A DNA stretch of 64,000 bases from an uncultured Actinomycetota bacterium (GCA_963826405.1 CAWGWR010000009.1:90211-154210); one strand, 5' to 3'; counted from the stretch's first letter, positions 11,049 to 21,197 are shown. A program made the numbers and translations. Notes: generated by a model not told the origin, from the letters alone.

Positions 11049-11828
11049 ATGGGGATCTTCGAACGCTTCGAGAAGAAGGTCGAGGGCGCCGTCAACGGCG
11101 TGTTCGCGCGCGCCTTCAAGGGCGACGTGCAACCCGTCGAGATCGCCGCGCGGCTGCAGCGCGAGCTGGACGCCGAGGCCAAGCTCATGTCCCGGGACAA
11201 GAGGCTGGTGCCCAACGACTTCACCGTCGGCCTGTCCCCGCACGACCACGACAAGCTGGCTCCCTACGCGGGCGCTCTGACCGCAGAGCTGGCCACCGAG
11301 CTGCGGCACCACGCCTCGGAGATGGGCTACCAGTTCAACGGCCCGATCCGCATCCACTTCACCCTGGTCCCGGCCCTGCCGACGGGCCGGTTCACCGTCG
11401 AGTCCGAGGCGGTCGCCGGGGTCGAGGAGCGGGACGCGGCGTCCGGCTCCGACGCCCCACCCGCCGCGCGGACCCGACCCGACCCTGACCGGCGTCCCGC
11501 CCCGGCCCGCGCACCCGTCCTCGACCCCCAAGACCAGCTGGTGCTGGAGGTCAACGGCACCCGTCACGCCCTGACCCCGCCCGGGCTGGTCATCGGGCGG
11601 GGCACCGAGGCCGACCTGCGGATCAACGACCCGGGGATCTCCCGCCGGCACGCGGAGATCCAGGTGCAGGGGTCCGGCGCGTCGCAGCGGCTGCGGATCG
11701 TCGACCTCGGCTCCACGAACGGGATCATCGTCAACGGCCACCGGGTCCGTGAGGCCACGCTGCAGGAGGGCTCGCGGATCGAGATCGGCTCGACCCGGAT
11801 GCTCGTGCACGCGCCGGCCGGTCGATGA
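11049..11828 (+). CDS. fhaA: DUF3662 + FHA domain protein FhaA
   Basis: N-terminal FARAFKGDVQPVEIA/LVPNDF; C-terminal FHA (IGRG..ISRRHA..DLGSTNG); AGGAGG RBS. Confidence 0.9.
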   Translation: MGIFERFEKKVEGAVNGVFARAFKGDVQPVEIAARLQRELDAEAKLMSRDKRLVPNDFTVGLSPHDHDKLAPYAGALTAELATELRHHASEMGYQFNGPIRIHFTLVPALPTGRFTVESEAVAGVEERDAASGSDAPPAARTRPDPDRRPAPARAPVLDPQDQLVLEVNGTRHALTPPGLVIGRGTEADLRINDPGISRRHAEIQVQGSGASQRLRIVDLGSTNGIIVNGHRVREATLQEGSRIEIGSTRMLVHAPAGR

Positions 11829-11831
11829 CCC

Positions 11832-12311
11832 GTGTCCGAGATCGCGCTGACCGTCCTCAAGGTCTTGTTCCTGGCCCTGCTGTGGCTGTTCATCTTCTCC
11901 GCGGTCTCGGTCATCCGCACCGACCTCTTCGGCAAAGCCGTCCCGGCTCCCGACCAGCCCGAGGCGCGCGAGCTCGAGTCGCCGTCCCCACCGGCCCGTC
12001 GCACCCGCCGTCCCCGTGGTGAGCCCCGGGTGCTCAGCATCGTCCAGGGCCAGCAGACCGGTGACGCCGCGGAGCTGACGCCGGGGCTGGTGATGATCGG
12101 CCGGGGCGCCGACTGCCAGCTCGTCCTGGACGACGACTACGTCTCCACCCGGCACGCGCGGGTGGTCGCCGGCGAGAGCGGGCTCTACATCGAGGACCTC
12201 GGATCGACCAACGGCACCTACGTCAACGGCGCCCGGATCACCGCCCCCACCGCCATCTCGATGTCGGACACCCTGCGGATCGGCAAGACGATCCTCAAGC
12301 TGGAGCCCTGA
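11832..12311 (+). CDS. fhaB: Membrane-anchored FHA protein FhaB
   Basis: N-terminal TM helix, IGRG..DDDYVSTRHA..DLGSTNGT; conserved position. Confidence 0.88.
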   Translation: MSEIALTVLKVLFLALLWLFIFSAVSVIRTDLFGKAVPAPDQPEARELESPSPPARRTRRPRGEPRVLSIVQGQQTGDAAELTPGLVMIGRGADCQLVLDDDYVSTRHARVVAGESGLYIEDLGSTNGTYVNGARITAPTAISMSDTLRIGKTILKLEP

Positions 12312-12315
12312 CCCG

Positions 12316-13704
12316 ATGGCCCTGACCCTGAGCTTCGTCAGCCACTCCGAAGTCGGCCTGGTGCGCAAGAACAACCAGGACTCCGGCTACGCCAGCCCCC
12401 ACCTGCTGGTCGTCGCGGACGGGATGGGCGGCGCGGCCGCGGGGGACCTCGCCTCGGCGGTGGCGGTGGAGGCGATCCGGCAGGTCGATGCGCCGACGCC
12501 GTCGGCGCAGATGCTCGACGTGCTCGCCGGGGCGGTCTCGCGGGCCAACAACCGGATCGCCGACCTCGTGGAGGCCGACCTCTCCCTGGACGGCATGGGC
12601 ACCACGGTCACCGCGGCCCTGTTCGACGGCGAGGACCTGGGACTGGCCCACATCGGGGACTCCCGCGCCTACCTCTTCCGCGGCGGCACGCTGGAGCGGC
12701 TGACCCACGACCACAGCTGGGTGCAGTCACTGGTCGACGACGGCAAGATCGACGAGGCCGAGGCGGCCGTGCACCCCCACCGCTCGCTCCTGCTCAAGGT
12801 GCTCAACGGCCAGCCGACCAACGAGCCGGACCTCAGCCGGACGACCCTGGCGCTCGGGGACCGGCTGCTGTTCTGCAGCGACGGGCTGTGCGGGCTGGTC
12901 AGTGACGCCGAGATCGCCGACGCGCTGGCCCTCGCCGACGCTGGCGCCGCACTCGAGCGGCTGGTCGGGGAAGCGCTCGAGCAGGGCGGCATCGACAACA
13001 TCACCGTGATCCTCGCCGACGTCGTGGAGTCGGGCGGCAGCAACGAGCGGGTCGTGCTCGGCGCGGCCGCCGACCGGGACCAGCCCACGGCTCCGCTCGG
13101 CCTTCCGAGCCCCGGCGCGGGAGGGACGGGTTCGGCCACCCCGCCCGGCGCACCTGAGGTTCCTGCTCCTGGGGCTACCGCCGCCAGGTCCAACGCCCCT
13201 GCCGTGGAGGACGAGGCCCGCTACAACCCGCAGCCGCCCACCAGGCGGCGGCTGGTCCGGCCGCTGGTCGGAGCCCTGGTCCTGGTGCTGGTGGCCTCGG
13301 CCGGCCTGCTCAGCGCCTGGGCGTGGACGCGCACGCAGTACTACGTCGGAGCCGCCGGCGACCAGGTGGCGATCTTCCAGGGCCTGCCCGAGGACGTCGT
13401 CGTGCCCCTGTCCCGGGTGTACGAGGTGCAGCCGCTCGCCTTGAGCGACCTTCCCCCCTTCTACGCCTCGCAGGTGCGGGCCGGGATCGAGGTGGCCAGC
13501 CTGGACTCGGCGCGGGAGACCCTCGCCCAGCTCACCGAGGCCGCTCGACGCTGCGAGATCGCCCGTCCGACGCCGTCCCCCACGCCGGTCTCCCCCACCC
13601 CGGGCGCGACGACGACGGCCACCCCGCGCCCCACTCCCACGCCCGCGTCGTCGGCGGTGCCCGCTCCTCCAGCCGCGTCCGCGACCGCCGGGCCGGGGTG
13701 CTGA
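12316..13704 (+). CDS. pstP: PP2C-family Ser/Thr phosphatase with TM and extracellular tail
   Basis: NNQDS, VADGMGG, HIGDSRAY, LFCSDGL, GGIDNITV; Pro/Thr-rich C-terminus. Confidence 0.93.
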   Translation: MALTLSFVSHSEVGLVRKNNQDSGYASPHLLVVADGMGGAAAGDLASAVAVEAIRQVDAPTPSAQMLDVLAGAVSRANNRIADLVEADLSLDGMGTTVTAALFDGEDLGLAHIGDSRAYLFRGGTLERLTHDHSWVQSLVDDGKIDEAEAAVHPHRSLLLKVLNGQPTNEPDLSRTTLALGDRLLFCSDGLCGLVSDAEIADALALADAGAALERLVGEALEQGGIDNITVILADVVESGGSNERVVLGAAADRDQPTAPLGLPSPGAGGTGSATPPGAPEVPAPGATAARSNAPAVEDEARYNPQPPTRRRLVRPLVGALVLVLVASAGLLSAWAWTRTQYYVGAAGDQVAIFQGLPEDVVVPLSRVYEVQPLALSDLPPFYASQVRAGIEVASLDSARETLAQLTEAARRCEIARPTPSPTPVSPTPGATTTATPRPTPTPASSAVPAPPAASATAGPGC

Positions 13705-13705
13705 C

Positions 13706-15082
13706 ATGGGCGACGCGGTGCCCATGACGGTCGTCCCGCGCAAGCGCCGGAACACCGAGCTGGCCCTGCTGCTCTTCGCCTTGGGCCTCGGCCTGGCGGC
13801 CTACGCCATCGTCGACCTGAACGTCCTGGGAGCGGTCGGCTCGGGCTTCCCCACCCTGGCGGGGATAGGCGCCAGCCTGGTGCTCACGGCCCACCTGGCC
13901 GTGCGGTGGCGGCTGCCCTACGCCGACCCGGTGCTAGTGCCGTGCGTGGTCCTGCTCAACGGACTGGGCCTGGCGATGATCCACCGGATCGACCTGATCA
14001 ACGACCCGCCCTCGGCCGGCGCCCGACAGCAGCTGATCTGGACCGTCATCGGGGTCGCGCTGTTCGTCGCCGTGGTGGTGCTGCTCCGTGACCACCGGCC
14101 TCTGCAGGGTTACACGTACACGCTCGGGCTGGCCGGGGTGGCCCTGCTGCTGCTGCCTCTGCTTCCCGGACTAGGGGTCGAGAAGTTCGGTGCGCGAATC
14201 TGGATCCAGGTCGGCCCCTACAGCTTCCAGCCGGCCGAGGCGGCGAAGATCGCGCTCGCCATCGCCTTCGCCTCCTACCTGGTGGAGAAGCGTGACGTGC
14301 TGGCCCTCGCCGGCTGGCGCGTGCTGGGGCTCGACCTGCCGCGCGCCCGCGACCTCGGTCCCATCCTCCTCATGTGGCTGGTCAGCCTCGCCGTGCTGGT
14401 GCGCCAGCGCGACCTGGGAACCTCGCTGCTGTTCTTCGGGCTGTTCGTGATGATGCTCTACGTCGCGACCGAGCGCGCCGGCTGGCCGGTTCTTGGGACC
14501 CTGCTGTTCGGGCTGGGCGCCTACCTCGGCTACCAGCTCTTCGGGCACGTGCGGGTCCGGGTCGGCGCCTGGCTGGACCCGTTCTCCGACTACGACGCCT
14601 ACTACCAGGTGATCAACGCCCAGTTCGGGATGGCCTGGGGCGGGCTGCTGGGCACCGGGCTGGGCGAGGGCCGCCCCGGCCTCACCCCCCTGGCGCGGAG
14701 CGACTTCATCGCCGCGGCCCTCGGCGAGGAGCTGGGGATGACCGGGCTGATGGCCCTCATCCTGGTGTACGGCCTGGTGGTGGCCCGGGGTCTGCGCACG
14801 GCGTTGCAGTGCCGCGAGCCCTTCGGGAAGCTGCTGGCCGCCGGCCTCGCCTTCGCCTTCGCGCTCCAGGTATTCACCATCATCGGCGGGGTCACCCGGC
14901 TGCTGCCGCTGACCGGGCTGACCACCCCCTTCCTCTCCCAGGGCGGCTCCTCGCTGGTCTGCAACTGGGTGGTCGTCGCCCTCCTGCTGGTGGTGTCCCA
15001 CCAGGCGCGCAAGCCGGCCGTCAGGGTCACCCCGCTCGACCCGGACGCCGAGACCACCCAGCTCGTCCGGGCCGCCGCGTGA
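13706..15082 (+). CDS. rodA: SEDS family RodA/FtsW protein
   Basis: FQPAEAAKI, RDLGTSLLFFG, SDFIAAALGEELG, PLTGLTTPFLSQGGSSL; adjacent to pbpA. Confidence 0.9.
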   Translation: MGDAVPMTVVPRKRRNTELALLLFALGLGLAAYAIVDLNVLGAVGSGFPTLAGIGASLVLTAHLAVRWRLPYADPVLVPCVVLLNGLGLAMIHRIDLINDPPSAGARQQLIWTVIGVALFVAVVVLLRDHRPLQGYTYTLGLAGVALLLLPLLPGLGVEKFGARIWIQVGPYSFQPAEAAKIALAIAFASYLVEKRDVLALAGWRVLGLDLPRARDLGPILLMWLVSLAVLVRQRDLGTSLLFFGLFVMMLYVATERAGWPVLGTLLFGLGAYLGYQLFGHVRVRVGAWLDPFSDYDAYYQVINAQFGMAWGGLLGTGLGEGRPGLTPLARSDFIAAALGEELGMTGLMALILVYGLVVARGLRTALQCREPFGKLLAAGLAFAFALQVFTIIGGVTRLLPLTGLTTPFLSQGGSSLVCNWVVVALLLVVSHQARKPAVRVTPLDPDAETTQLVRAAA

Positions 15083-16515
15083 ACACCCCGATCCGCAGGG
15101 TGGCCTTCGTGGCCATGCTGATGTTCGCCCTGCTGCTGGCCAACGGGACCTACATGACGCTGTTCCGCACCGGCTCGCTGGCCGCGGAGCCCCAGAACCG
15201 GCGGGTCCGCGACGCCGAGTTCGCCCAGGACCGCGGCGGCATCCTGGCCGCCGGCAACACAGAGATCGCCACCACCGACCCGTCGGAGGACCGGTTCCGG
15301 TACCAGCGCAGCTACCCGGCCGGTTCCCTGTACGCGCCGGTCACCGGGTTCTACTCCTACGACCACGGCAGCACCGGGGTGGAGAGCACCTACAACAGCC
15401 AGCTCGCGGGCACCGCCGACGCGCTGTTCGTCCGGCGGCTGATCGACCTGGCCACCAACCGGGCCCCGCAGGGCGCCACGGTGCAGACGACGATCGTGCC
15501 CGCCTTGCAGGAGGCCGCGGCCCAGGCGCTGGGGCAGCAGAAGGGGGCCGTCGTCGCCCTGGACCCGAAGACCGGGGCGGTCCTGGCCCTGGTCACCAGT
15601 CCGACCTACGACCCCACCGAGGTGGCCAGCCACGACATCGAGAGCGCACGCCGGGCCTACGACCGGCTGGCGAGCGACCCCGAGCGCCCGCTGTCCAACC
15701 GGGCGGCGCGCGAGATCTTCCCGCCCGGCTCCACGTTCAAGCTGGTGACGGCCGCGGCTGCCCTGGCCGACGGGCAGAAGCCGACCACGAAGCTTGACAG
15801 CCCCGACAAGCTCACCCTGCCCGGCACCCGGACCGTGCTGCCCAACTCCTCGAGCTGCGGGGGCAAGTCCGTCACCCTGACGCAGGCGCTGAAGGTCTCC
15901 TGCAACACCGCGTTCGCCAACCTCGGCCTGGAGCTCGGGCAGGACAAGCTGCGCGAACAGGCGCAGGCCTTCGGCTTCGGCCAGCGCCACCTCGCCGACC
16001 TCAACGGGGTGGCCAGCCGCTTCCCGGACGACCTCGACGACGCCCAGCTGGCGCTGAGCGCGATCGGCCAGTTCGACGTCGCCGCCAGCCCGCTGCAGAT
16101 GGCCATGGTGACCGCGGGCATCGCCAACGACGGCGTGGTGATGGAGCCCTACCTGGTCAGCATGGTGCAGGCCCCCGACCTGAAGCCGCTGAGCACCCAC
16201 GAGCCGGCGGAGCTCTCGGAGGCGATGACGCCGGAGAACGCCCAGAAGCTGCAGCAGATGATGGTGGAGACGGTGGCCTCCGGCACCGGACGCAACGGGG
16301 CGATCAACGGTGTCGAGGTCGGCGGCAAGACGGGCACGGCGCAGTCGGACCCCACCCGCAAGCCGTTCGCCTGGTTCACCTCCTTCGCCCCCGCGGACGA
16401 CCCGGCGGTCGCTGTGGCCGTCATCGTGGAGGACGCCGACATCCCCCGCCAGGACATCGCCGGGGGCCGGGTGGCGGCTCCGATCGCCCGCGCGGTGATG
16501 GAGGCCGCGCTGTGA
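15079..16515 (+). CDS. pbpA: Class B penicillin-binding protein PbpA
   Basis: PGSTFK (SxxK), SCN (SxN), KTGTAQ; GTG overlaps the rodA stop. Confidence 0.93.
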   Translation: MNTPIRRVAFVAMLMFALLLANGTYMTLFRTGSLAAEPQNRRVRDAEFAQDRGGILAAGNTEIATTDPSEDRFRYQRSYPAGSLYAPVTGFYSYDHGSTGVESTYNSQLAGTADALFVRRLIDLATNRAPQGATVQTTIVPALQEAAAQALGQQKGAVVALDPKTGAVLALVTSPTYDPTEVASHDIESARRAYDRLASDPERPLSNRAAREIFPPGSTFKLVTAAAALADGQKPTTKLDSPDKLTLPGTRTVLPNSSSCGGKSVTLTQALKVSCNTAFANLGLELGQDKLREQAQAFGFGQRHLADLNGVASRFPDDLDDAQLALSAIGQFDVAASPLQMAMVTAGIANDGVVMEPYLVSMVQAPDLKPLSTHEPAELSEAMTPENAQKLQQMMVETVASGTGRNGAINGVEVGGKTGTAQSDPTRKPFAWFTSFAPADDPAVAVAVIVEDADIPRQDIAGGRVAAPIARAVMEAAL

Positions 16516-16666
16516 CGGCGGTGCGCGTGGCAACCGGCCCGGGGGTCCGGGCGACCCGTCGAGCCGACGGCGGCGGACCGACCCTGCGGCGCCGTGGCCC
16601 AGAATGGCCCGGGGCACGGGGGACGGAGGCGCACGTCAGGGCGGCTGCAGGGAGAGGAACCACGAG

Positions 16667-18508
16667 ATGACTGGCGAGCCGAGCACCGTCGGAGGCCGTT
16701 ACGAGCTGGGTGACGTCCTCGGTCGCGGGGGGATGGCGGAGGTGCGCGGGGCCGTCGACCGTCGCCTGGGTCGGCCCGTGGCCGTCAAGCAGCTCCGTGC
16801 CGACCTGGCCACCGACCCCACCTTCCAGGCGCGCTTCCGCCGGGAGGCGCAGTCAGCGGCCGGGCTCAACCACCCCACCATCGTGGCCGTCTACGACACC
16901 GGTGAGGAGCCCGACCCCCACACCGGGATCTCCATCCCCTACATCGTCATGGAGCTGGTGGAGGGCTCCACCCTGCGCGACGTGCTGCGGGACGGTCGCA
17001 AGATCCTCCCCGAGCGGGCGTTGGAACTGACTCAGGGGGTTCTCGACGCCCTGAGCTACAGCCACAAGGCCGGGATCATCCACCGCGACATCAAGCCGGC
17101 GAACGTCATGCTCACCCCGAACGGCGGGGTGAAGGTGATGGACTTCGGGATCGCCCGGGCCGTGGCCGACACCTCCGCGACCATGACCCAGACCGCGGCT
17201 GTCATCGGCACGGCCCAGTACCTGTCCCCCGAGCAGGCCCGCGGGGAGACCGTCGACGCCCGCAGCGACCTCTACTCCGCCGGTTGCCTGCTCTACGAGC
17301 TCCTGGTCGGGCGGCCGCCGTTCGTCGGGGACTCGCCGGTGAGCGTGGCCTACCAGCATGTCCGCGAGCCTCCGGTGCCGCCGAGCCAGCTCGACCCGGT
17401 CATCACCCCCGACATCGACGCCATCACGCTCAAGGCCCTCGCCAAGGACCCGGCCGACCGCTACCAGTCCGCGCGGGAGATGAAGGCCGACATCGCCCGG
17501 GTCCTCGCCGGACAGCAGGCGACGGCCCTCGTCCCCCGCGCCGCCGTCGCGGCGGCGGACGTCACCCCGACGCGCGTGGTCGGCCCAGTGGTGCCGGTGG
17601 CGCTCGTGGAGGACGAGGACGCGCCGCCGCGCCGCCGCGCCGGGGCGGTGGCTGCCGTCGTCGCCCTGGTGCTGCTGCTCGTGGGCCTCGGCGCCTTTGG
17701 CCTGTGGCGCGCCTTCGGCCCCCAGGACCCGGTGGCGGTGGCGACGGTCGAGGTGCCCGCCGTGCTGACCTACACCGAGGCCCAGGCCCGCAGCCAGCTC
17801 GCCGACCGGGGGCTGAAGGCCGAGGTCCAGCGGACCAACGGCGACGACGACACGGCCGGGACCATCACCGCGCAGGATCCCGTCGGGGGGACCGAGGTGC
17901 CGGTCGGCAGCAGTGTCACCCTGACGCTGAATCTCGGTCCCGAGACCGCCACCGTCCCCGACGACCTCGTCGGCGCCGACGTGGACGACGCCGAGAAGGC
18001 GCTCGCCGACGCCGGATTCACGAACGTGAGCACCGAGGCGGCCAGCAGCGAGGAGGTCGACGCCAAGGCTGACGAGGTCCTCGACGTCGACCCGGCCGAG
18101 GGTGAGAGCGCCGCGCTGGACGAGGAGATCCGGCTCAGCTACGCCACCGGGGAGTCCGTGGTGCCCGTGCTGACCGGCAAGACGCCCGAGCAGGCGGTCG
18201 CCGATGCCCGCGCCGCGGGGTTCACCGACGTCAAGCGCGTCAACCGGGAGACCGACGGCGAGACCGCGGGCGTGGTCTTCCGGCAGAACCCGGACGCCGG
18301 GAAGCGGGAGAAGCGCAGCCGGGAGATCACCATCACGGTAGCCGTCGCACCACCCCCGGACCCAGAGCCCGAGCCGAAGCCGGAGCCGAAGCCGGAACCG
18401 ACGCCGACCCCGACGCCCTCCTCGGAGCCTTCCGAGACCCCTGACCCCACTCCGGAACCGACACCGACCTCCGAGGCCACGCCCACCCCTCGCAGCACCC
18501 CGTCCTAA
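16667..18508 (+). CDS. pknB: Ser/Thr kinase PknB with PASTA repeats and Pro-rich tail
   Basis: GRGGMAEV, VAVK, HRDIKPAN, DFG, TAQYLSPEQ; TM helix followed by PASTA-like repeats. Confidence 0.95.
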   Translation: MTGEPSTVGGRYELGDVLGRGGMAEVRGAVDRRLGRPVAVKQLRADLATDPTFQARFRREAQSAAGLNHPTIVAVYDTGEEPDPHTGISIPYIVMELVEGSTLRDVLRDGRKILPERALELTQGVLDALSYSHKAGIIHRDIKPANVMLTPNGGVKVMDFGIARAVADTSATMTQTAAVIGTAQYLSPEQARGETVDARSDLYSAGCLLYELLVGRPPFVGDSPVSVAYQHVREPPVPPSQLDPVITPDIDAITLKALAKDPADRYQSAREMKADIARVLAGQQATALVPRAAVAAADVTPTRVVGPVVPVALVEDEDAPPRRRAGAVAAVVALVLLLVGLGAFGLWRAFGPQDPVAVATVEVPAVLTYTEAQARSQLADRGLKAEVQRTNGDDDTAGTITAQDPVGGTEVPVGSSVTLTLNLGPETATVPDDLVGADVDDAEKALADAGFTNVSTEAASSEEVDAKADEVLDVDPAEGESAALDEEIRLSYATGESVVPVLTGKTPEQAVADARAAGFTDVKRVNRETDGETAGVVFRQNPDAGKREKRSREITITVAVAPPPDPEPEPKPEPKPEPTPTPTPSSEPSETPDPTPEPTPTSEATPTPRSTPS

Positions 18509-18524
18509 TCGAACGCCCGTGCGA
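18509..18524 (+). promoter_or_regulatory. Putative LexA (SOS) box upstream of the alkB-family gene
   Basis: TCGAAC-gccc-GTGCGA, one mismatch to actinobacterial TCGAAC-N4-GTTCGA; -10 TAGCCT at 18532-18537, 6 nt before the ATG. Confidence 0.65.
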
Positions 18525-18543
18525 ATGGTGCTAGCCTGAGGCG

Positions 18544-19176
18544 ATGACCAGCGGCGTTCAAACGTCCCTCTTTGATCTCCCGGTGCCGGGTGACGAGCCG
18601 CGACCGCTGAGCGGGCTCGTCACGCGTGAGGTCCTGGGTCGGGGAGCCTGGGTCGACCTGGTTCCCGGGTGGCTGAGCGGGGCGGACACCCTCCTCGACA
18701 CCCTGCTGACCGACGTGGCGTGGGTGGCGGAGCGCCGGCAGATGTACGACCAGGTGGTCGACGTGCCGCGACTGCTCTGCTTCTACGGCGAGAACGACGA
18801 GCTCCCCCATCCGGCTCTCGCGAGCGCCCGTCACGCCTTGAGCGCGCACTACGGACCCGAGCTGGGCGAGCCCTTCACCACGGCTGGCCTCTGCCTCTAC
18901 CGCGACGGCCGGGACTCGGTCGCCTGGCACGGGGACACCATCGGCCGGGGACGGCGAGAGGACACCATGGTGGCCATCGTGTCGCTGGGCTCCCCCCGGC
19001 ACCTCCTGCTGCGGCCCCGCGGCGGCGGTCCCACCCGCCGGCAGCAGCTCGGGCACGGCGACCTCCTGGTCATGGGCGGCTCCTGCCAGCGCACCTTCGA
19101 GCACGCCGTCCCCAAGACCACCCACGCCGTCGGGCCCCGGGTCAGCGTGCAGTTCCGCCCGCACGGGGTGCGCTGA
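18544..19176 (+). CDS. AlkB-family 2OG-Fe(II) dioxygenase
   Basis: YRDGRDSVAWHGD (HxD), LLVMGG..Q..FEHAVPK, PRVSVQFR. Confidence 0.88.
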   Translation: MTSGVQTSLFDLPVPGDEPRPLSGLVTREVLGRGAWVDLVPGWLSGADTLLDTLLTDVAWVAERRQMYDQVVDVPRLLCFYGENDELPHPALASARHALSAHYGPELGEPFTTAGLCLYRDGRDSVAWHGDTIGRGRREDTMVAIVSLGSPRHLLLRPRGGGPTRRQQLGHGDLLVMGGSCQRTFEHAVPKTTHAVGPRVSVQFRPHGVR

Positions 19177-19199
19177 GGGCTACCGGTGTCCGGGACCGG

Positions 19200-19841
19200 T
19201 CAGGGGTGCGCCGACATCAGCGGTGCCAGGCCAGCGGCGCGGGCCGGGGCCTCGGTGTCGCCGCACACCGCGAGCCAGTTGGCGAGCATCTGGTAGCCGC
19301 CCTCGGTCAGCACCGACTCGGGGTGGAACTGCACCGCCTCGACCGCGAGCTCGCGGTGGCGCACGGCCATCACCACCCCGCTCGCGGTCAGCGCCGTGAC
19401 CTCGAGCACCGATGGGACCGAGGCTGGCTCGATGGCCAGGGAGTGGTAGCGCGTGGCCGTGAAGGGCTGCGGCAGGCCGGCGAGCACGCCGACGCCCTGG
19501 TGCTCGATGAGCGAGGTCTTGCCGTGCAGCAGCTCGGGCGCCCGGTCGACGACCCCGCCGTAGGCGACGCCGATCGACTGCAGGCCGAGGCAGACGCCGA
19601 AGATGGGCACCGTACCCGCCTGGGAGCGGACGACGTCGATGCAGACGCCGGCACCCTCCGGCGTCCCCGGGCCGGGTGAGAGCAGGATGCCGTCGAACGG
19701 GCGAGCGAAACCCGGGTCGGCGAACCGCGGGTCGTCGTTGCGCCAGACCTCGACCTCGGCGCCGATCTGGGCCAGGTACTGGACCAGGTTGTAGACGAAG
19801 GAGTCGTAGTTGTCGATCACCAGGATCCTCGCGGCGCTCAC
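19200..19841 (-). CDS. trpG: Anthranilate/aminodeoxychorismate synthase component II (glutamine amidotransferase)
   Basis: IDNYDSFVYNL, SPGPG, GVCLG, TRYHSL, VQFHPES; only the last 213 aa of ORF 19200..22001 are real. Confidence 0.92.
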   Translation of the reverse strand: MSAARILVIDNYDSFVYNLVQYLAQIGAEVEVWRNDDPRFADPGFARPFDGILLSPGPGTPEGAGVCIDVVRSQAGTVPIFGVCLGLQSIGVAYGGVVDRAPELLHGKTSLIEHQGVGVLAGLPQPFTATRYHSLAIEPASVPSVLEVTALTASGVVMAVRHRELAVEAVQFHPESVLTEGGYQMLANWLAVCGDTEAPARAAGLAPLMSAHP

Positions 19842-19888
19842 CCGTTCATTGTCCTCCCGGGCAGCCGAGAGCTCGCACCGTGACCAGG

Positions 19889-20737
19889 TCAGCGCGGGGT
19901 GCCGGGAGCGCCGTCGGCGGTGGGCGAGGGGCTGACCTTGCCCGGTGATGTCGCGTGCTGCAGGTCCAGCGAACCCTGGTGGGCCGGGAAGTCCGCGCGC
20001 CGCACCGACCGCTCGCTGTAGACGAGGCCGTAGGCCGCCACGTACTGCTGGTAGATCTGCAGGGCGGGTGAGCCTCCCAGGGCCGCCCGGAGGCGGGCAG
20101 GGTCGCCGAGGGCGGTCACCACGTACGGCGGGGCGTAGGGAATGCCGTGCAGGACGACGGTGTTGCCGACGCACTTGACGCCCGTGGTGGAGATCACCCG
20201 TTGTCCCTGGATCGTCATGGCCTCGGCACCGCCGCTCCACAGCGCGTTGACGACGGCCTGGATGTCCTGCTGGTGCACCACGAGCAGGTCGCCGTCGACC
20301 CCGTCTCCCGAGACGGTCTCCGGTGCGTCGTCGAGGGTGACCGAGACGGCCGGGCCGGCGACCGCCGAGAAGGCGGCCGCCGCCGAGGCCCGTTCGAGCC
20401 TGGCCTGCAGCGCTGGGTCCGTGCCCCCGGCGCGTGAGAGGGCATCCACCTGCGACCGGACGTCGCTGACCCGGCGGGCCAGGTCGGCGTTGCGACGCGA
20501 CTGGGACTGCACCAGGCTGACGAGATCGGTGTTGCGGCCCGGACGCAGGTCGGTCCCGCGGGCGTTCACCGCGCTCAGCACGACCATCAGCCCGGCAAGG
20601 AGGCAGACGGCCCCGGTGAGCACCCGCCCTGCCAGGCCGCGGCTCGCGTTGCGTCGCACCTGAGCGGCCCGGGCCCGCTGCAGGGCGGAGCGGAGGCGCC
20701 GGCCCGGTCCGGGCCGTGCCGCTCGCGCTTCCGACAC
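19889..20737 (-). CDS. DUF881 family protein
   Basis: GPAVSVTLDDAP, VHQQDIQAVVNALWSGGAEAMTIQGQR, CVGN motifs; usual neighbour of crgA. Confidence 0.9.
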   Translation of the reverse strand: MSEARAARPGPGRRLRSALQRARAAQVRRNASRGLAGRVLTGAVCLLAGLMVVLSAVNARGTDLRPGRNTDLVSLVQSQSRRNADLARRVSDVRSQVDALSRAGGTDPALQARLERASAAAAFSAVAGPAVSVTLDDAPETVSGDGVDGDLLVVHQQDIQAVVNALWSGGAEAMTIQGQRVISTTGVKCVGNTVVLHGIPYAPPYVVTALGDPARLRAALGGSPALQIYQQYVAAYGLVYSERSVRRADFPAHQGSLDLQHATSPGKVSPSPTADGAPGTPR

Positions 20738-20828
20738 CCTGCTCCCCCTGACGGCTCCCGCCGGCCCGCGGAGAATGGCTCCGGTCCGGTTCCCCGACTA
20801 CGCTACCCAGCGACACCGAGGAGTGAGC

Positions 20829-21095
20829 GTGCCAGAGTCGAGAACCCGCAAGTCCACCGACGAGAAGCGCCGGAGCCGCCAGGAGGCGAAGCCGGCCAAG
20901 GTCAAGGCGCCGTCCAGCCGTCGCTGGGTCCCGCCAACCTTCATCACCGTCGGCCTGCTGGGGGTCATCTGGCTCATCGTCTACTACGTCGCCGGTCCCT
21001 CGATCCCGTACATGAGCGACCTCGGCAACTGGAACATCCTCATCGGCATGAGCGGCATGGCTGCCGCATTCGGCATCGCCACCCTGTGGCGCTGA
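20829..21095 (+). CDS. crgA: Cell division protein CrgA
   Basis: MPESRTRK start, two TM helices, LGNWN..IG motif, W-R terminus. Confidence 0.9.
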   Translation: MPESRTRKSTDEKRRSRQEAKPAKVKAPSSRRWVPPTFITVGLLGVIWLIVYYVAGPSIPYMSDLGNWNILIGMSGMAAAFGIATLWR

Positions 21096-21147
21096 CCCGG
21101 CGCCGCCCTTCGAGTGAGCGTCGGCCGTCGAGTTACACCCGTGTGAT

Positions 21148-21179
21148 TCGTCCACAATGGGGATAACCCCTGTGGACAA
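21148..21179. promoter_or_regulatory. Cluster of three DnaA boxes
   Basis: TCGTCCACA (21148-56), TGGGGATAA (21158-66) and perfect TGTGGACAA (21171-79, reverse complement of TTGTCCACA). Confidence 0.65.
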
Positions 21180-21197
21180 CCGACCGGCCTGCCTGGG

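Noticed and set aside
18355-18505. PEPKPEP/PTPT repeats in pknB (and similar in pstP)
   Set aside because: Ordinary Pro-rich tails of these proteins.
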